In this document: positions 1 through 12,428 of the stretch, in pieces | Layout: each line of letters begins with the position of its first letter | How positions within the stretch are numbered: position 1 is the stretch's first letter | Source of the DNA: Vicugna vicugna | Lineage: Eukaryota | Assembly (NCBI GenBank): GCA_013265495.1 | Contig: MU060965.1 | Coordinates: forward strand, 310,001 to 374,000 | DNA: 64,000 nt | Reading direction: 5' to 3' | The notes under the pieces: model-generated | What the model saw: only the letters and a program-made list of their open reading frames with translations | Database searches by the model: none | What the model was told of the DNA's origin: nothing | Made by a program: the position numbers and the translations under genes

Positions 1-2145
1 ATCTGGGCACTGCTCTGCTGACTCCTTGTGTAGGAAGCTGCCCAGGGCCACGCGGCTCAGACACTGCTTCTGACGCCGTTGAGCCCGGTGGCGTCACCTC
101 TGCCTGCTCCTCTCCTCACCTGCGGCGGCCTCGCAGTGAAGAGTGTCAGCCCTGAGCCCGGGCTCGGTGCCAGGCCTCCCCTCCTGCTCCGTCACTCCTG
201 GCCACAGCGGTGACAGGGAGCTACAGGCCTTGCTGGCTGGTGCCAAGTGCTTGCTTCCTGGACAGCCTCTTCAGCACTGACGTTCATGCCTGCTCTACAG
301 GAAACAGACCAAATTCAGGGTCACCGTGGCCTCACGTCCTCTCGCAGCACCCCCAGCACCCGGCGTGATCCAGAGTGCTTGTCGTGCTTCCAAACGTTTC
401 GTTGTCTTGTTCCACGCTCAGTGCCCGGGCGGTGGGTCGCAGCGTTTCCCTTCACTCTGGTGTCGCTCTGCCGATGCAGGGATACTCAGTCCATCCCGGG
501 TGGTTCATTCAGAAGCCCCGGCCGACGGGCGTGACCGCAGGCCCAGACGCTGCTGTGCAGCTGGAAGGCCTGCTCTCCGCAGGTGCCAGAGGGCGGAGCT
601 GTCTGTCCGTGGGTTCAGGTTCGCAGACCCGGCGACCACGCAGCTCTGCCTCTCTGCCCAGGGGACAGCCTTCACCTTTCTGTCCTCACTGTCCTCCTTC
701 AGCCCTACGTTCTTTGTGGCCAGAAGCCCCGTCCATCAGTGTGGGCTGGAGGGGTAGGCGTGTATGGCCAGCTGCCCAGCGTCGGGACTCCTGGTGACCC
801 CCACCAGTGTCCATCTGCACTTCCCATGCTGGCCGCTGCCCATGTGCCCGAAGCAGGAGAGGTGGGTGGTTTGTGGCTGGAAGCTTGCAGTCCCTGCTTC
901 CTGCACAGACACCACCCCTCCCTGGGCGCTGGGCCTGGAGCAGGGGCTCATGGGGGCTTTGGGGGAGCCTGCGGGGCTGCTGGCCTCTGCCGGCCTCTGC
1001 TGGCCTCTGCGGTGATGCGGACAGGGGCTCAGGGCTCTGTGGGCTCAGAGGGAACCTGGTCCCAGCTCCCTTTCCTGTGAAGACAGAGACGTCTTCCTGA
1101 TGCCCCTCCCACACAGGCTTTTCAGAATGGTCGGCCTCGGGAGCTGGCCTGCTGGACATCTGCCCCTTTGCGCCCCGACTGTGCTTGTCTGCTGTGGTTC
1201 CCTCACACCCTCAGGGAAAAGCGTGCCTCCAGCCACTCCAAGTGTCACTCATAACTGGGTGTGAGGGTCTGCTGACTCCCGGGTCCACTCGCTCGCCTCT
1301 GGTCGAAGTGCCACTTGACCCCAAGTGGTGGCCGGGACCCAGCACCCCAGGCGTGTGTCTCTGGCCTCTTACTTCCTTACTGGCCTCTGCTGTGTTCGCC
1401 CAGAATTGGGGGCTCGCCGTCTCCCACCTCCCCATGGTGTGCCTGCAGCCGCCTCTTGGGGATCAGGGCAGTAGACACACTAGTGCAGGGACGTTGCGTG
1501 TCTCCTAGAAGCCTAGACGAAGCCCTTCCCTGGTCCGCTGGCCCAGCAGAGGTGGCTGGCGCTCGTGCAGGCTGCCTCCAGGGCCAGGCACCCTGGGCTG
1601 GCCTCCCAGCCTCACCCTGCGGCCCAAGGAAGCTCAGATGTGTGACTGGCATCAGGGCTGTCCCTACCTAGCCCATCGAGGGCCAGGATTGGGCCGGCCA
1701 GGAGCCCTCAGCAAGTCCTGTGTCATGTCGTGTAAGGAACTGTCCTCCGGCCCAGCCAGTGGCTGCTGAGCATTGCAGGTGTTGATTGAAAACGCCTTGC
1801 TCTCTTGGTTTGCCCAACACAGATGGGTGTTGGAGGCCCTCAGGCCCCCTGGGACCAGCAGGCAGGGGCCTGGTGGGAGTTCTCCCCCAGGAAGCAGCAG
1901 AGCCCACAGGTCACGCGTACACTGTCCAGAGAGGGCTGGGCTTCGTCTCTGGTGATGGAGGCAGGTGCTCTGGCCTGGCCCCTAGGCAGTTTGCACAGCT
2001 GAAGCTGAAGTCTGCAGGTGTCCTGCGAGTCCCTCCACACCACTTCCCCCAGCGGCACGTTGTGGGTGGCAGGGACTTCCATACGCCACCCTCGACCTTG
2101 AGGCTCAACCTTCAGGGGGTCCTCACGGAGCCTGTTCCTCGCTAG

Positions 2146-2267
2146 GCTGGAGCAGAACGTCTCACCCGTCAGAGGCCCCTGAGGACAACAACGGCTGGTC
2201 CAGCGCGGAGGAGCCCATTAACTCCTCGGACGCGGAGGAAGAAGGCGGAGTGGGCCTCCGGAAGCTG
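2146..2267 (+). CDS. MCF2L: MCF2L coding exon preceding the SH3 domain
   Basis: ctcgctag| acceptor, |gtaacc donor, 122 nt, GWS...SSAEEPINSSDAEE...RKL. Confidence 0.9.
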
Positions 2268-3463
2268 GTAACCTTGCCTCCCACTGGCCGTCAGCGGCAC
2301 TGCTGGGCCCAGGGCAGGGGGCAGGGGTGTCCAGAGCTGCACCGTGGGGCCGTGGCGCCCAGGGCCGCCGGGAGGGACTTCAGGTGCCGGGCCCCGGTGG
2401 CTGTCCCATTAGCACCATCGGACCACCTCACGGCAGGAGCAGAGCACACCTCTGATTGGCCCTTCAGATGAGCTTTCTTAAAGCCGTGTGTGCACCTTGA
2501 TCTCACTTTTAGGGGAACTGCTCTGTCTGAGGCGAGGATTTGCACTCTCAACCAAGTCCTATTTTAGCACGAGCAGCAGAGAGAAGCTATTTACCTGTTA
2601 AGTCACCAGAGTCAGGGTTGTACCAACAGTTACTTGCTGCCCACTGGGTGCAGCCCTGGTTCACACCTGGTATATCACAGCAAACAAAGCACCCAGAGGT
2701 GGAAGGGCAGACACAGGGAAGGGGAGCAACAGTCTCAGGTGGCCATGGTGGCCTTTGCCGAGGAGGACCGGCAGCGAGAAGAGCTGGCCAGGGCACTGGG
2801 GTGGGGGGGTTGGTACTCAGCAGGGGAAACCTAGGCTGGCGGGCAGGAAGGCCAGGCAGGCCCTGGTGGGTTTGTGTTCTGCTCTCGGTGTAGTTCGGGG
2901 CCAGCTGGGGCCAGTGCAGGGCATCGAGAGAAGGTGCGGCCACTCTGTGAAGCCAATGGACGCTGGCCTGGCTCTCTGGCTCCAGGAGCACCCAGGCATG
3001 TGTCCACACTGCACCCCAGCTCCATCCACAACACGTGGGGCACCTGCTGTGTGAGGCACTGAGTGGCCTTTAAGACAGAACAGAAGACAAAGTGAACAAG
3101 ACTCTTCCCTCACATAAGGCAAAAAACTTGAAAAGGGCAGAACATGCTGGGTGAGGACAGAGGCCAAGGAGGGAGGAGTGATCCAGGAAGAGGGAAGAGT
3201 GTGCCAAGGCCCTGGGGCTGTTTGGAGCTTCTGGAGTGCAGGAGCCGCATGTTGTGGGGACACAGGCAGGCTGGTCAGGTTCTTAGTGTGGTCACCACGT
3301 GAGACCTGGCACTTCCTGGACTAGGAGACCTTCCCAATGTAAGCTGATAGTCGCGCCGAAGCCCCTCAAATGGCAGGGTGCTCGTCGTCGTCCCGTCTGT
3401 CTGGACGCTGCGGGGCGGGCTGGCAGGGGCTGTGTGCCAGGCGCTGTGCCGTCCCCTCCCCAG

Positions 3464-3576
3464 GTCCCCGGGAAGTACACCGTCACGGGGCCGGACGAGA
3501 AGGGGGGCCCCGACGCGCTGGCCGTGAGAAGCGGGGACGAAGTGGAGCTGGTGCAGGAGGGCGACGAGGGCCTCTG
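3464..3576 (+). CDS. MCF2L: MCF2L SH3 exon (N-terminal half)
   Basis: cccag|..|gtaag, 113 nt, VPGKYTVTGPDEKGGPDALAVRSGDEVELVQEGDEGLW. Confidence 0.93.
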
Positions 3577-3648
3577 GTAAGACCACCCCGCAACGCGCGC
3601 GGCCCCGCCCCGCAGCTCGCGGACACAGCCTGACCTGCGCCCTTGCAG

Positions 3649-3752
3649 GTATGTGCGGAACCTGACCTCCGGCGCCGAGGGCTGGGTGCCGGCCCGCGGC
3701 CTGTCCTCGCTCCTCGACCGGCCCGGCTCCGCCCCGAGCCTGAGCAGCCCAG
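3649..3752 (+). CDS. MCF2L: MCF2L SH3 exon (C-terminal half)
   Basis: ttgcag|..|gtaag, 104 nt, YVRNLTSGAEGWVPARGLSS... Confidence 0.92.
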
Positions 3753-3971
3753 GTAAGCCCCGCGGCGGGCGCCCGGCCGGCTCGGCCGGAGCGGGTGTGC
3801 GGCGGGGCGGGGCGGGGCGAGGCGAGGAGGGAGGGGCTTCGCGCGCGGGGCGGGGCGACGGGGGGCGGCGCGCCCTGGACAAAAAACCCTGGACCGGGCC
3901 GGGGGCCGGGGGCCGGGGCCCGGGGCCGGGCCGCGCCGCAGCCGCAGCCGCTCTCGCCTGCTTCTCCGCAG

Positions 3972-4090
3972 AGTCCAGCGCGGGGTCCGGCCTGCTGAGC
4001 GCCTCGTCCAGCTGCAGCGAGAGCTGCGGGGCCCCCCTGCCGGAGCTGCAGGGGGAGCGCCCGCGGCCACAGCAGCCCGCGGACCTCTGA
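3972..4090 (+). CDS. MCF2L: MCF2L last coding exon
   Basis: ctccgcag|, ESSAGSGLLSASSSCSESC..., TGA at 4088-4090. Confidence 0.85.
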
Positions 4091-5493
4091 GTTTCCCTTT
4101 GCTTGGGCGTAGTTTGGCGAGGGACGCCCGGAGCCGCCCCCGGAACCGGCGTGCCGCCCCGGCGCCCAGACCGAGGGTTCGGGAAGAGCGCGCCCTCCCG
4201 CCTCCGCGCAGGACCCCTCCCCGGGGCGCAGGAAGCGCGCGGCCCCCGGGCTTGCCCGGAGCCGGCGGGCGCGGACAGCCGCCCCGCTGGGGCCCCTGAC
4301 GTTCTGGTCTGGTGCTGTGTGCAGGAACGCGCGTTCTGCGGAACTGCTTCCAAAAGGAGTGACCGACTCGCTGACCCGACAGCTTGGGGGCGGGGGCTAG
4401 TGTGTCTTTCTCAAGTTTTTTTAAGCAGGGATTAATTCTAGGGCCATTAATTTACTTTGGCCTCTAATCTTTACCAAGAATCACTGTGTTTACATGAAGT
4501 GACAATTTGATACTGTATTTGATACAAAACTATGTTTTGTTACTGGGGTTTACACTGCGCTGAGCGACGTGCGCAGTCTTGGACACTGGCGGCTCTCCGC
4601 GAGGCCCACCGGGTCACAGGTGGATGCAGGGCCTCCCGCCACGGGATCAGGAAGCGGTCCTGCAGACACAAGCAGACACCAGGGGCTCCTTCACCGTCAC
4701 CTGCAATTCGCTCTCAAAAGAGAATTTAAACTAATTTAAAACACTAACCACCTTTTCTACAGAAAAAAATGGGGGACTCGATTTTTTAACGCGCTTCACT
4801 GAATTAGGCTGTTTTTATTGTTTTTAAAAAAATGTAAAGATGCAGCTTTTGCAGGTGTCACCCAGCCCAGGGAGCGTCTGAGCTCCAGAGCCCCTGCTCC
4901 CCTGGCTCCCCGCCGCCCCACGTCTCAGAACTGCCCTCCTGTGCTGTAGAGAACCGCCCAGCACAGGAGCAGTTTATTTTATTCAAATCGAGGCAAACTG
5001 GAAAGAAACTGTCTTACTGTTTTTGTGTTTCAGAAACGAATTCTGTTCTTTGGAGGCCCTTCTTTCTGTGCTGGCCGGGGCAGGGTTTTATATGTGTGTA
5101 TATACATCGAAGTCTGTACATATGTCCCCGCTGTAAGGGGGGGTATTTATAGCCTCCGTGCTGCTGGCAATGTGTCACTTTACAGCCCCAGCCCCAGCCG
5201 CGTCTGCGTGCAGGGCCAGCCCTCTCTGAGTTGCAGGAAGTAGCCAGCACGCTCAGCAGCTTTCCTCCCACGTGTAAGTTATCTGAGAAACGACCTGTCG
5301 CATAACTTAACATATTGGTGGTTCAGACACCGTTCCCGACGTCTCAGCCTGGATTCACCCCCATTTTTGTGGTCTCTTCCTCATAAAGGCACTTTAAAAC
5401 CTCGTATTTTCAGTCACTGTTCCTTTTTTTTTTCACCTGCTGATGTAAATGAAATTTTAAAATCACAGTTCTTCACTGTATCAATGGAGTCTG

Positions 5494-5499
5494 AATAAA
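5494..5499 (+). terminator. MCF2L: probable MCF2L poly(A) signal AATAAA
   Basis: AATAAA at the end of an AU-rich 3'UTR-like tract, just before old L1 sequence begins. Confidence 0.6.
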
Positions 5500-5589
5500 T
5501 GTCGGCGGCTCTTGCTGCTGGCCTTCAGCTGTAAAAGCACAGAGTTCATTTTTTAGATGACAGAAATGTCAGCTGTCTAAAGAAGCTAA

Positions 5590-6390
5590 AATCCAAAGAA
5601 AGTATGAAGAAAAAAATTAGGATAATAGAAGAAAATAATAAAGTCAAATCAACAACAAAAAATCTTATTCCTTGAAGATTCTAATAAAATACAGCAATTT
5701 ATGGAAAAGCTGAGAAACTCCACAACAAATAGAGGTTTTAAAACAAGGAAACCACCATGAACCGCTTTCTGCCAATACATTTGAGAACAGACAAAACAGG
5801 AAATTTTTTTCAAGAACCAAGTTGTTAAAATTAACAATTTCTAAAAAAAATTAAATACTTGGGTTGATGAGTAATGAAGAAACTGAGTTGCAGGGGAAGA
5901 AAATTTACCCCCAAACAGGTGCCAGACTGAGATGGCTTTATAGTTTTAGCCATACTTTTAAGGTAAATGTACAAAATATTTATACAAACTATTTCAGAGA
6001 CTATAAAATGAAGAAAAGCAGCTCAGTAAGTTCTGTTAAGTAAGTTTAACAGTTACCTGAACCTGACAAAAAGGATACAAGAAGAAATAAAGTTATGAAC
6101 ATAAATGCAACAATTACAAATGAAGTATAATCAAATAAAATCCAACTGTATGTTGTAAACAGAAGTAATATGTTCTAACCAAGGAAGTTTGTCCCAGGAA
6201 TTCAAGGATGGTGTGATATCAGGAAATTATTGCTAGAATTTGCCATAGTAACAAACTAAACAGAGAGGGAAAGACTAGCCCCACAGATGCAGGGAAAAGT
6301 CAATTTTTACTCAATACCGATTTATAATGTCTATCCAACTAAGAGTGGAAAAGTGAAGGCACAAAGCACAGTCTGAGAAGGCAGGCGGGC
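5590..6390 (+). mobile_element. old LINE-1 (L1M) ORF2 fragment
   Basis: A-rich sequence with degenerate L1 ORF2 motifs (e.g. CCAGGAATTCAAGGATGGTG); boundaries approximate. Confidence 0.75.
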
Positions 6391-7404
6391 CCTGGGTGGA
6401 AGGAACCCCTGGGCCTGGCCGCACCCAGCAACCAGGGCAGTTCTGCTGGACCTCATGGGACACCACGGGCCACCAGGCTCTCAGCAGGAGCCGCCCGCCC
6501 TGCTGCCCCGTTAGGAAAGTGAGGCTCAAAGGAATGGCCCCCACCTCCCCAAGCCGGGAGAAAACGGAGCCAGGACTCCCACCACCCACCAAGTCGGCTG
6601 ACTCCAGAGCCACTGTACCCGCTGCCCAGGAGTCACCATGAAGGCTGTGACAGTCCCTCCTCCCCTCCCCCTCTCCCACATGAATAAACTCCTGTATAAT
6701 TAAATTCCTAAACACTGAAGCAACTGTTGATAGTAACAATTAGAAATTCCAGAGGTGAGCAATAAAACACGTCCTCTAAGGACTAACTCTTCCATTTAGG
6801 GAGTAGCCAGGAGCCGCCGGCAGCAGGTGGGCCTCGTCACCCACCTCCAAAGAGAAACATGCAGAGCTGCTGTCCTCGGCCTCCACTATTCACAGAAAAG
6901 AAGTTACTTCCCCAGGGTGGCTGCCCCCATGAGCCCTGCATGGTAACCAACTGTCCCAGTATGCCCAGGATGTCCCAGTTTCAGCTGAAAGTCCAGCATC
7001 CAGAGAAACCTTTTCATGGCCAACAGCCCAGGACAGTGGCCTGGGCCTGGAGGGCATGGGGAACAAGACCTGGGTGACCGGGGACTGAGACAGAGCCTGG
7101 GTGGGGGCACACGCCCCTCCCCTTGGTGCTCCAGGCCTCTGGCCGGGAAGGGCCCGAATACATCTCCCTTGTGGCTCTCTCCAGGATACTTACACTCACA
7201 CCCAACCTGCTCCCCGGCCCCTGGTATCATCGCTGTGGGGTCTGGCTTTTCATCTGTTTAATCCTGTCTCCTAACCTGCATTCCTAAGCCTGAGGCTGCA
7301 TCTGAGTGCACGTGCCAGATGCAGCCCCATCCGTCCTTCTGTCCCCAACCCCCATCCAGCTCCGCACCTGGTGCGGGGGATCCCACACCGCGTGTTGGGA
7401 GGTG

Positions 7405-7447
7405 AGGCCTCCTCCCCCACCCCCTCAGCTCTGAGAACTTTGCCCCG
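7405..7447 (+). promoter_or_regulatory. F7: F7 proximal promoter: Sp1-type C-rich box and HNF4 site (GAACTTTGCCCC, 7435-7446)
   Basis: ACTTTG core ~55 nt upstream of the ATG, the position of the known HNF4 site of human F7; CCTCCTCCCCC upstream. Confidence 0.75.
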
Positions 7448-7492
7448 CTCCCGCCCCGTGTCAGCAGCCCAGCCGACACCAAGGGCCTCACC

Positions 7493-7562
7493 ATGGCCTC
7501 CCAGCACCGGGGGCTGGCCCTCTTCGGCCTTCTGCTCAGCCTGCAAGGGTCTCTGGCGGCAG
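7493..7562 (+). CDS. F7: F7 exon 1 (signal peptide)
   Basis: ccATGG Kozak, MASQHRGLALFGLLLSLQGSLAA, |gtaggt. Confidence 0.93.
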
Positions 7563-8535
7563 GTAGGTGGAAGAGGCTTCCCAACCCAGAGGCAGGCAGC
7601 CAGGTCCCCCCAACCTGGCCCACACAGCTGTCACATCTGGTCACCTGGAGAGTTTGCCGGCCGCTCAGCTGTGATCTTTCTTTCCAAAAAGTAGACAGTG
7701 CCCAGGCACTCAGAGTAAAGGCTTCGGTGGGACTGTTTTCCAGACTTCGGGGAGCCTGGGGCGGGGGGCGCTTTTCCAGCCACCGTGGGGCCCCACCCAG
7801 GCAGCTGGACCAGCACACAGAACCTGGGGCTCAGAGGTGCCTCCCTCTCGCTCTGGTCTCTCAGCCTCTTGGTCAGCTGGCGCCAGGGACAGTGTGGGGA
7901 CGCTGGGCTGCTCGGCTCTGCCACCAGGGCTGTGTCTGCGCCCCTTGTGGGCGCTGGGAGGCCTGACTGGGGACTCAGGGAGAGCTCCCTAAGTGTCCTC
8001 ATCGTGATTCCCAAGGGCCGAGTGGCAGCCGGGGTGGAAACCAAGGGCCCTAAAATCCGGTTCATGTTGTCCTCCAAATCCTACAGCCAAGCACTAGTCT
8101 GGAGTTAAGAGTGACAGGGTCACCCATCCTGGTTTGCTGCTCGAGAAAGCCAGGGCTGCCCCTGGTCCTTCCTGTTTGGTCACCTTTTTTCATCAATATC
8201 ACATCTTCCTAAGCATCACCCTCTGTGACAGCATGGCATCAGCGTGCTCCAGACTAGTATCTCCTACAGCTCTCCTTGCAGCTGGGCCCTTGTGTGTGCC
8301 TTGGAGTGGCTCCTTAGGGTAAATTCCTGCAAGTGACATGACCAGGTCAAAACTTCATATATTGCCTGATCCTCGCACACGAAGCTTCTGCAGCGTTGCC
8401 TACTGGCAGCCCTGAGAAAGCTCTCCTATTTCGAGTCCAGCCAGGCTCTCAGACAGGAACCCTGTGACTCCCATTAACACTGGGCAGGACAGGGTGCGTG
8501 CGGGTGGCCAACGTCTTATGGGGCCCGTTTCTCAG

Positions 8536-8696
8536 TCTTCATCACCCAGGAGCAAGCCCACAGCATCCTGCACAGACAGAGGCGTGCCAACTCGCTCCTG
8601 GAGGAGCTGTGGCCGGGCTCCCTGGAGAGAGAGTGCAGGGAGGAGCTGTGCTCCTTCGAGGAAGCCAGGGAGATCTTCAAAAACCTGGAGAGGACG
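8536..8696 (+). CDS. F7: F7 exon 2 (propeptide + Gla)
   Basis: 161 nt, [17 protein letters not shown]|ANSLLEE... Confidence 0.98.
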
Positions 8697-9556
8697 GTGA
8701 GCCTGCCCCACAGGGCGCCCTCTGCGTGGTAGGGTATGTGGTCAGTGCGAGTCTGCAGGGGCTCGTGTCCGTGTGCACGCTCCACACACAGGCAGCTCCA
8801 GCACGCACACATCCTCATTTCTGCATCAGAAATATAGTCTGATGGGTCCCCAAGGAAGTCCCCCCAGCCGTCCGTGCCTCGCAGAGGGGCTGCACTGGAG
8901 ACACTGGCCAGGCCTCTCACTGCTGCGCCCACCGTGGGCGCCTCTTCAGGACACTTGAGTTGGGAAGCACCTGGGGAACCACTGCTTCCTACCCTGCACT
9001 TGGGCCACACGGGTGGGCCATCTCCCTCCACTTTCAGAAAGATGCGTATTTACACATCCTCTGAACTGTCCCCAGGGATGGGGGCAGGTGGTAGTGGGAC
9101 AAGACCGCGTCTCACATCACACTTGCAGGACACACACCTGACATAGGACACACTTGTCACGCTCGCAGGAAGCAGGGCTTTTGGAGATGGAGGCTGACAG
9201 GACCCTTCCCAGGAACACGGAGGGTGTCACCCCTCAGCTGTGTCTCACTTGGCTTTTCTAAACCTTTTCATCGGTTCTCACCTCGCTATATTCTCACAGT
9301 CCTGCGAGTTTTAGTTCACCTGACCAAGACGTTCCTCAGGAGTCACTTTTATCGCAGGCCAGAGTGCCCCTGCTTTCCTTCTCGACCTCTCTGGGGTCCG
9401 CGGCGTCTGGACAGCCGCCGACATCCGAGGAGGAAGGGGAGGCTCTAGGGGCAGGAGTGTCTTGTCCAAGCTCACAGCCCGGGGGCGGACTTGGGGCTGG
9501 AACCTGGGTATTCCGACTTGGGAGAGGAGATGTGTGACCTCTGGTGGCCTTAGTGA

Positions 9557-10021
<465 letters not shown>

Positions 10022-10487
10022 TGACCCAGAAGGGCCCTCCACCCTAAGAGTCTGGGGCCTGGGGTCCAAGGTGCTAGTTCTCTCACCTGACCGCCCACCC
10101 CCTCGGGGCCCCCGGCACTGGGGACTCTGATGCCCCTGGAGCCCAGGTGAGTCCTTGCACCTCTGTGGTGTCCACACATCCCATGGCCCAGGCAGTTGGG
10201 GAGCTCCACCTCCCCACGTGCTGTTACAAACCATATATGCGGTCCACCTGCCAAATGTGACAGTTCCACCAAGTTCAGCCAGCAAGCTGTGCAGGTGTGG
10301 GAGCCCCAAACCCCAGGTCTGGACATTCTGGGTCAATCCACAGAGCAGGCAGTGCCAGGCCATCTCTGGAGCTGGCAGCTCAGTGCCACCTTTGTACAGG
10401 ACACTGCCCCCACCCAGGGAAGGGTGGCCACCAGGCTGGCTTGCCCTGACTGGCAGAGGCCCCCTCAGCTGTCCCCTCCATCCTCAG

Positions 10488-10628
10488 ACCAGAAGAGCCA
10501 GCTGATCTGCACAAATGACAACGGGGGCTGCGAGCAGTACTGCACTGACCACGCAGAGGCTGGGCGTTCCTGCTGGTGCCACAAGGGCTACGCACTCCAG
10601 GAGGACGGGGTGTCCTGCGTGCCCACAG
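10488..10628 (+). CDS. F7: F7 exon 5 (EGF2)
   Basis: 141 nt, [18 protein letters not shown]... Confidence 0.97.
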
Positions 10629-11090
10629 GTAACGTGTCCTCGGGAACCAGGTCCTAGGGCGGTGTGTGCACTTCCATTTCTGATCGTCCTGCCCTGCCAC
10701 ACGTCCCCTCATTGGCCAGATGGGGAGGGAGACATGGCATCACTGAGCATCCCCAGGCGCCGGCACCGTGTGCTCTGGGAGGTGGGGAGAGAGGCCCAGG
10801 TGGAGGCGGCTGCCCCTCCCCAACCCCGAGAGCAGGGAGGGCAGCAGTGCGCAGGGCAGAGCCCAGGGAGCGGCCTCCGGGGTGCGCTGGGCCCCTGCCC
10901 GTCCGGGCAGCTCTCTGCCAGCCCACCTCCACTCCCACGCCAGGCGCTAGATCACCATACCCAGTGTCTGCTGACCACAGCACGAGTCTGGATTCCACAT
11001 CTTGTCAAAGGCAAGTGCTTTTATGAAAATGGAAAATTCCTCCAAACCAACCTCAAATGAAAAGGGCTGCAGCCCGGAGGCTGGGGCCCC

Positions 11091-11138
11091 CAGCTCTGTG
11101 TCCCCCCAGCTCTGTGTCCCCTCAGCTCTGTGTCTCCC
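11091..11138 (+). repeat. 3 x 16-bp minisatellite (CAGCTCTGTGTCCCCC) in F7 intron 5
   Basis: Three adjacent near-identical 16-nt units read directly. Confidence 0.85.
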
Positions 11139-11504
11139 CAGAGGTGGGGTACCCAGCCTTGTCTAAAGGCCTGAAATTCAGTTGCTGCCCCGAAATGCTT
11201 TCTTTTCCGGCCCAGGGGCTTTCTTGGAGCAGGAGGGAAACTAACAGCGGGTCAGAGAGCAGCACGATGGTCTGAATGCCGGTCGCCTCACACAACATCC
11301 CTTACACACTTAGTGACACAGAGGAGGCACGTCTCCCCAGAAGGAGGAGCAGGACCCAGTTTCAGGAAGGGGACCTCTGTTCCTGCCAAACCAGCCCCTC
11401 TGCTGCTGCTCGCCAGGCAGCACCCCAGGGCCTGCCCACGGCCCCGGCAGGAGCAGTGACACAGCCCCCTCTGGGGCCAGTCGCCACCCACGCCGTCTTG
11501 CTGA

Positions 11505-11792
<288 letters not shown>

Positions 11793-11823
11793 TGACCTTC
11801 CACTGTCCGCGGTGCCCCGCCAG

Positions 11824-11947
11824 GCCCTGCTGAAGCTGAACGGGGCACTGCTGTGCGGGGGAGCCCTGATCGATGTCACCTGGGTGGTCTCTGCCGCCCA
11901 CTGCTTCGACCGGATCCGGAACTGGAGGAACTTGACAGTGGTGCTCG
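11824..11947 (+). CDS. F7: F7 exon 7 (protease, His57)
   Basis: 124 nt, [29 protein letters not shown]... Confidence 0.97.
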
Positions 11948-12428
11948 GTAGGTTTTGGGGTTACCTCTTTCTGACAGGAGACGGTTCTTGAATGACAATT
12001 ACTCAGGGCTTCGAACCACCAACTTCCGCCACCAGGAGCAATCCCAGCACCCACAGGGCCCCGCTACAGCCGCTGCCCTCAGCTCTCTCCCTGCAAACCA
12101 AGTCATGGGTGACTGCTGTTCCTGTCTCGCTTGGGCCCAGAGCCCCGGGGGTGCCCCAGCCAGGGCTGCACTGCCTGGGCCTCTGGCTGGTGGGTTTACG
12201 GGATGACAAGGACCCCAGGGGGGCCAGGCAGGTCTGGAAGAAGCAGGGGACCAGGCCCCCCTCCCCCCTCAGCTGCCTGGCCGACACCCCCTCACATGCC
12301 CCCCAGGTTCCAGATTCCACTACTCCCCACCCCTGACTCACACCCTTGCTGACCCACTAGCAGCCTGGGGTGGGACGCAGGGCTCTCCCACCCCAAAGAA
12401 GGGGCCCAAGCGGGCGGTCTCCCCGCAG

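Larger units (their letters stand above)
2146..4090 (+). other. MCF2L: MCF2L (DBS/Ost Rho GEF) 3' end; last four coding exons join(2146-2267,3464-3576,3649-3752,3972-4090); gene begins upstream of the window
   Basis: Spliced translation GWSRTSHPSEAPEDNNGWSSAEEPINSSDAEEEGGVGLRKL-VPGKYTV...VQEGDEGLW-YVRNLTSGAEGWVP...-ESSAGSGLLSASSSCSESC...DL* matches the recalled MCF2L C-terminus with SH3 domain; GT-AG sites and phases are consistent. Confidence 0.93.
3300..4320. promoter_or_regulatory. CpG island over the MCF2L terminal exons, with (GGGGC)n G-runs
   Basis: Very high GC and CpG density by inspection; boundaries approximate. Confidence 0.7.

Noticed and set aside
3292-4353. 353-aa minus-strand ORF, and similar long ORFs at 13115-13948 (+), 41867-42646 (-) and 61545-62264 (-)
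   Set aside because: Pro/Arg/Gly/Ala-rich translations of CpG islands, simple repeats or antisense shadows of real exons; stop codons are rare at this GC content and no domain is recognisable.
11948-12428. Search for the human F7 IVS7 37-bp VNTR, and for exon 1b in intron 1
   Set aside because: Neither is visible; the absence fits primate-specific features and is not a finding.
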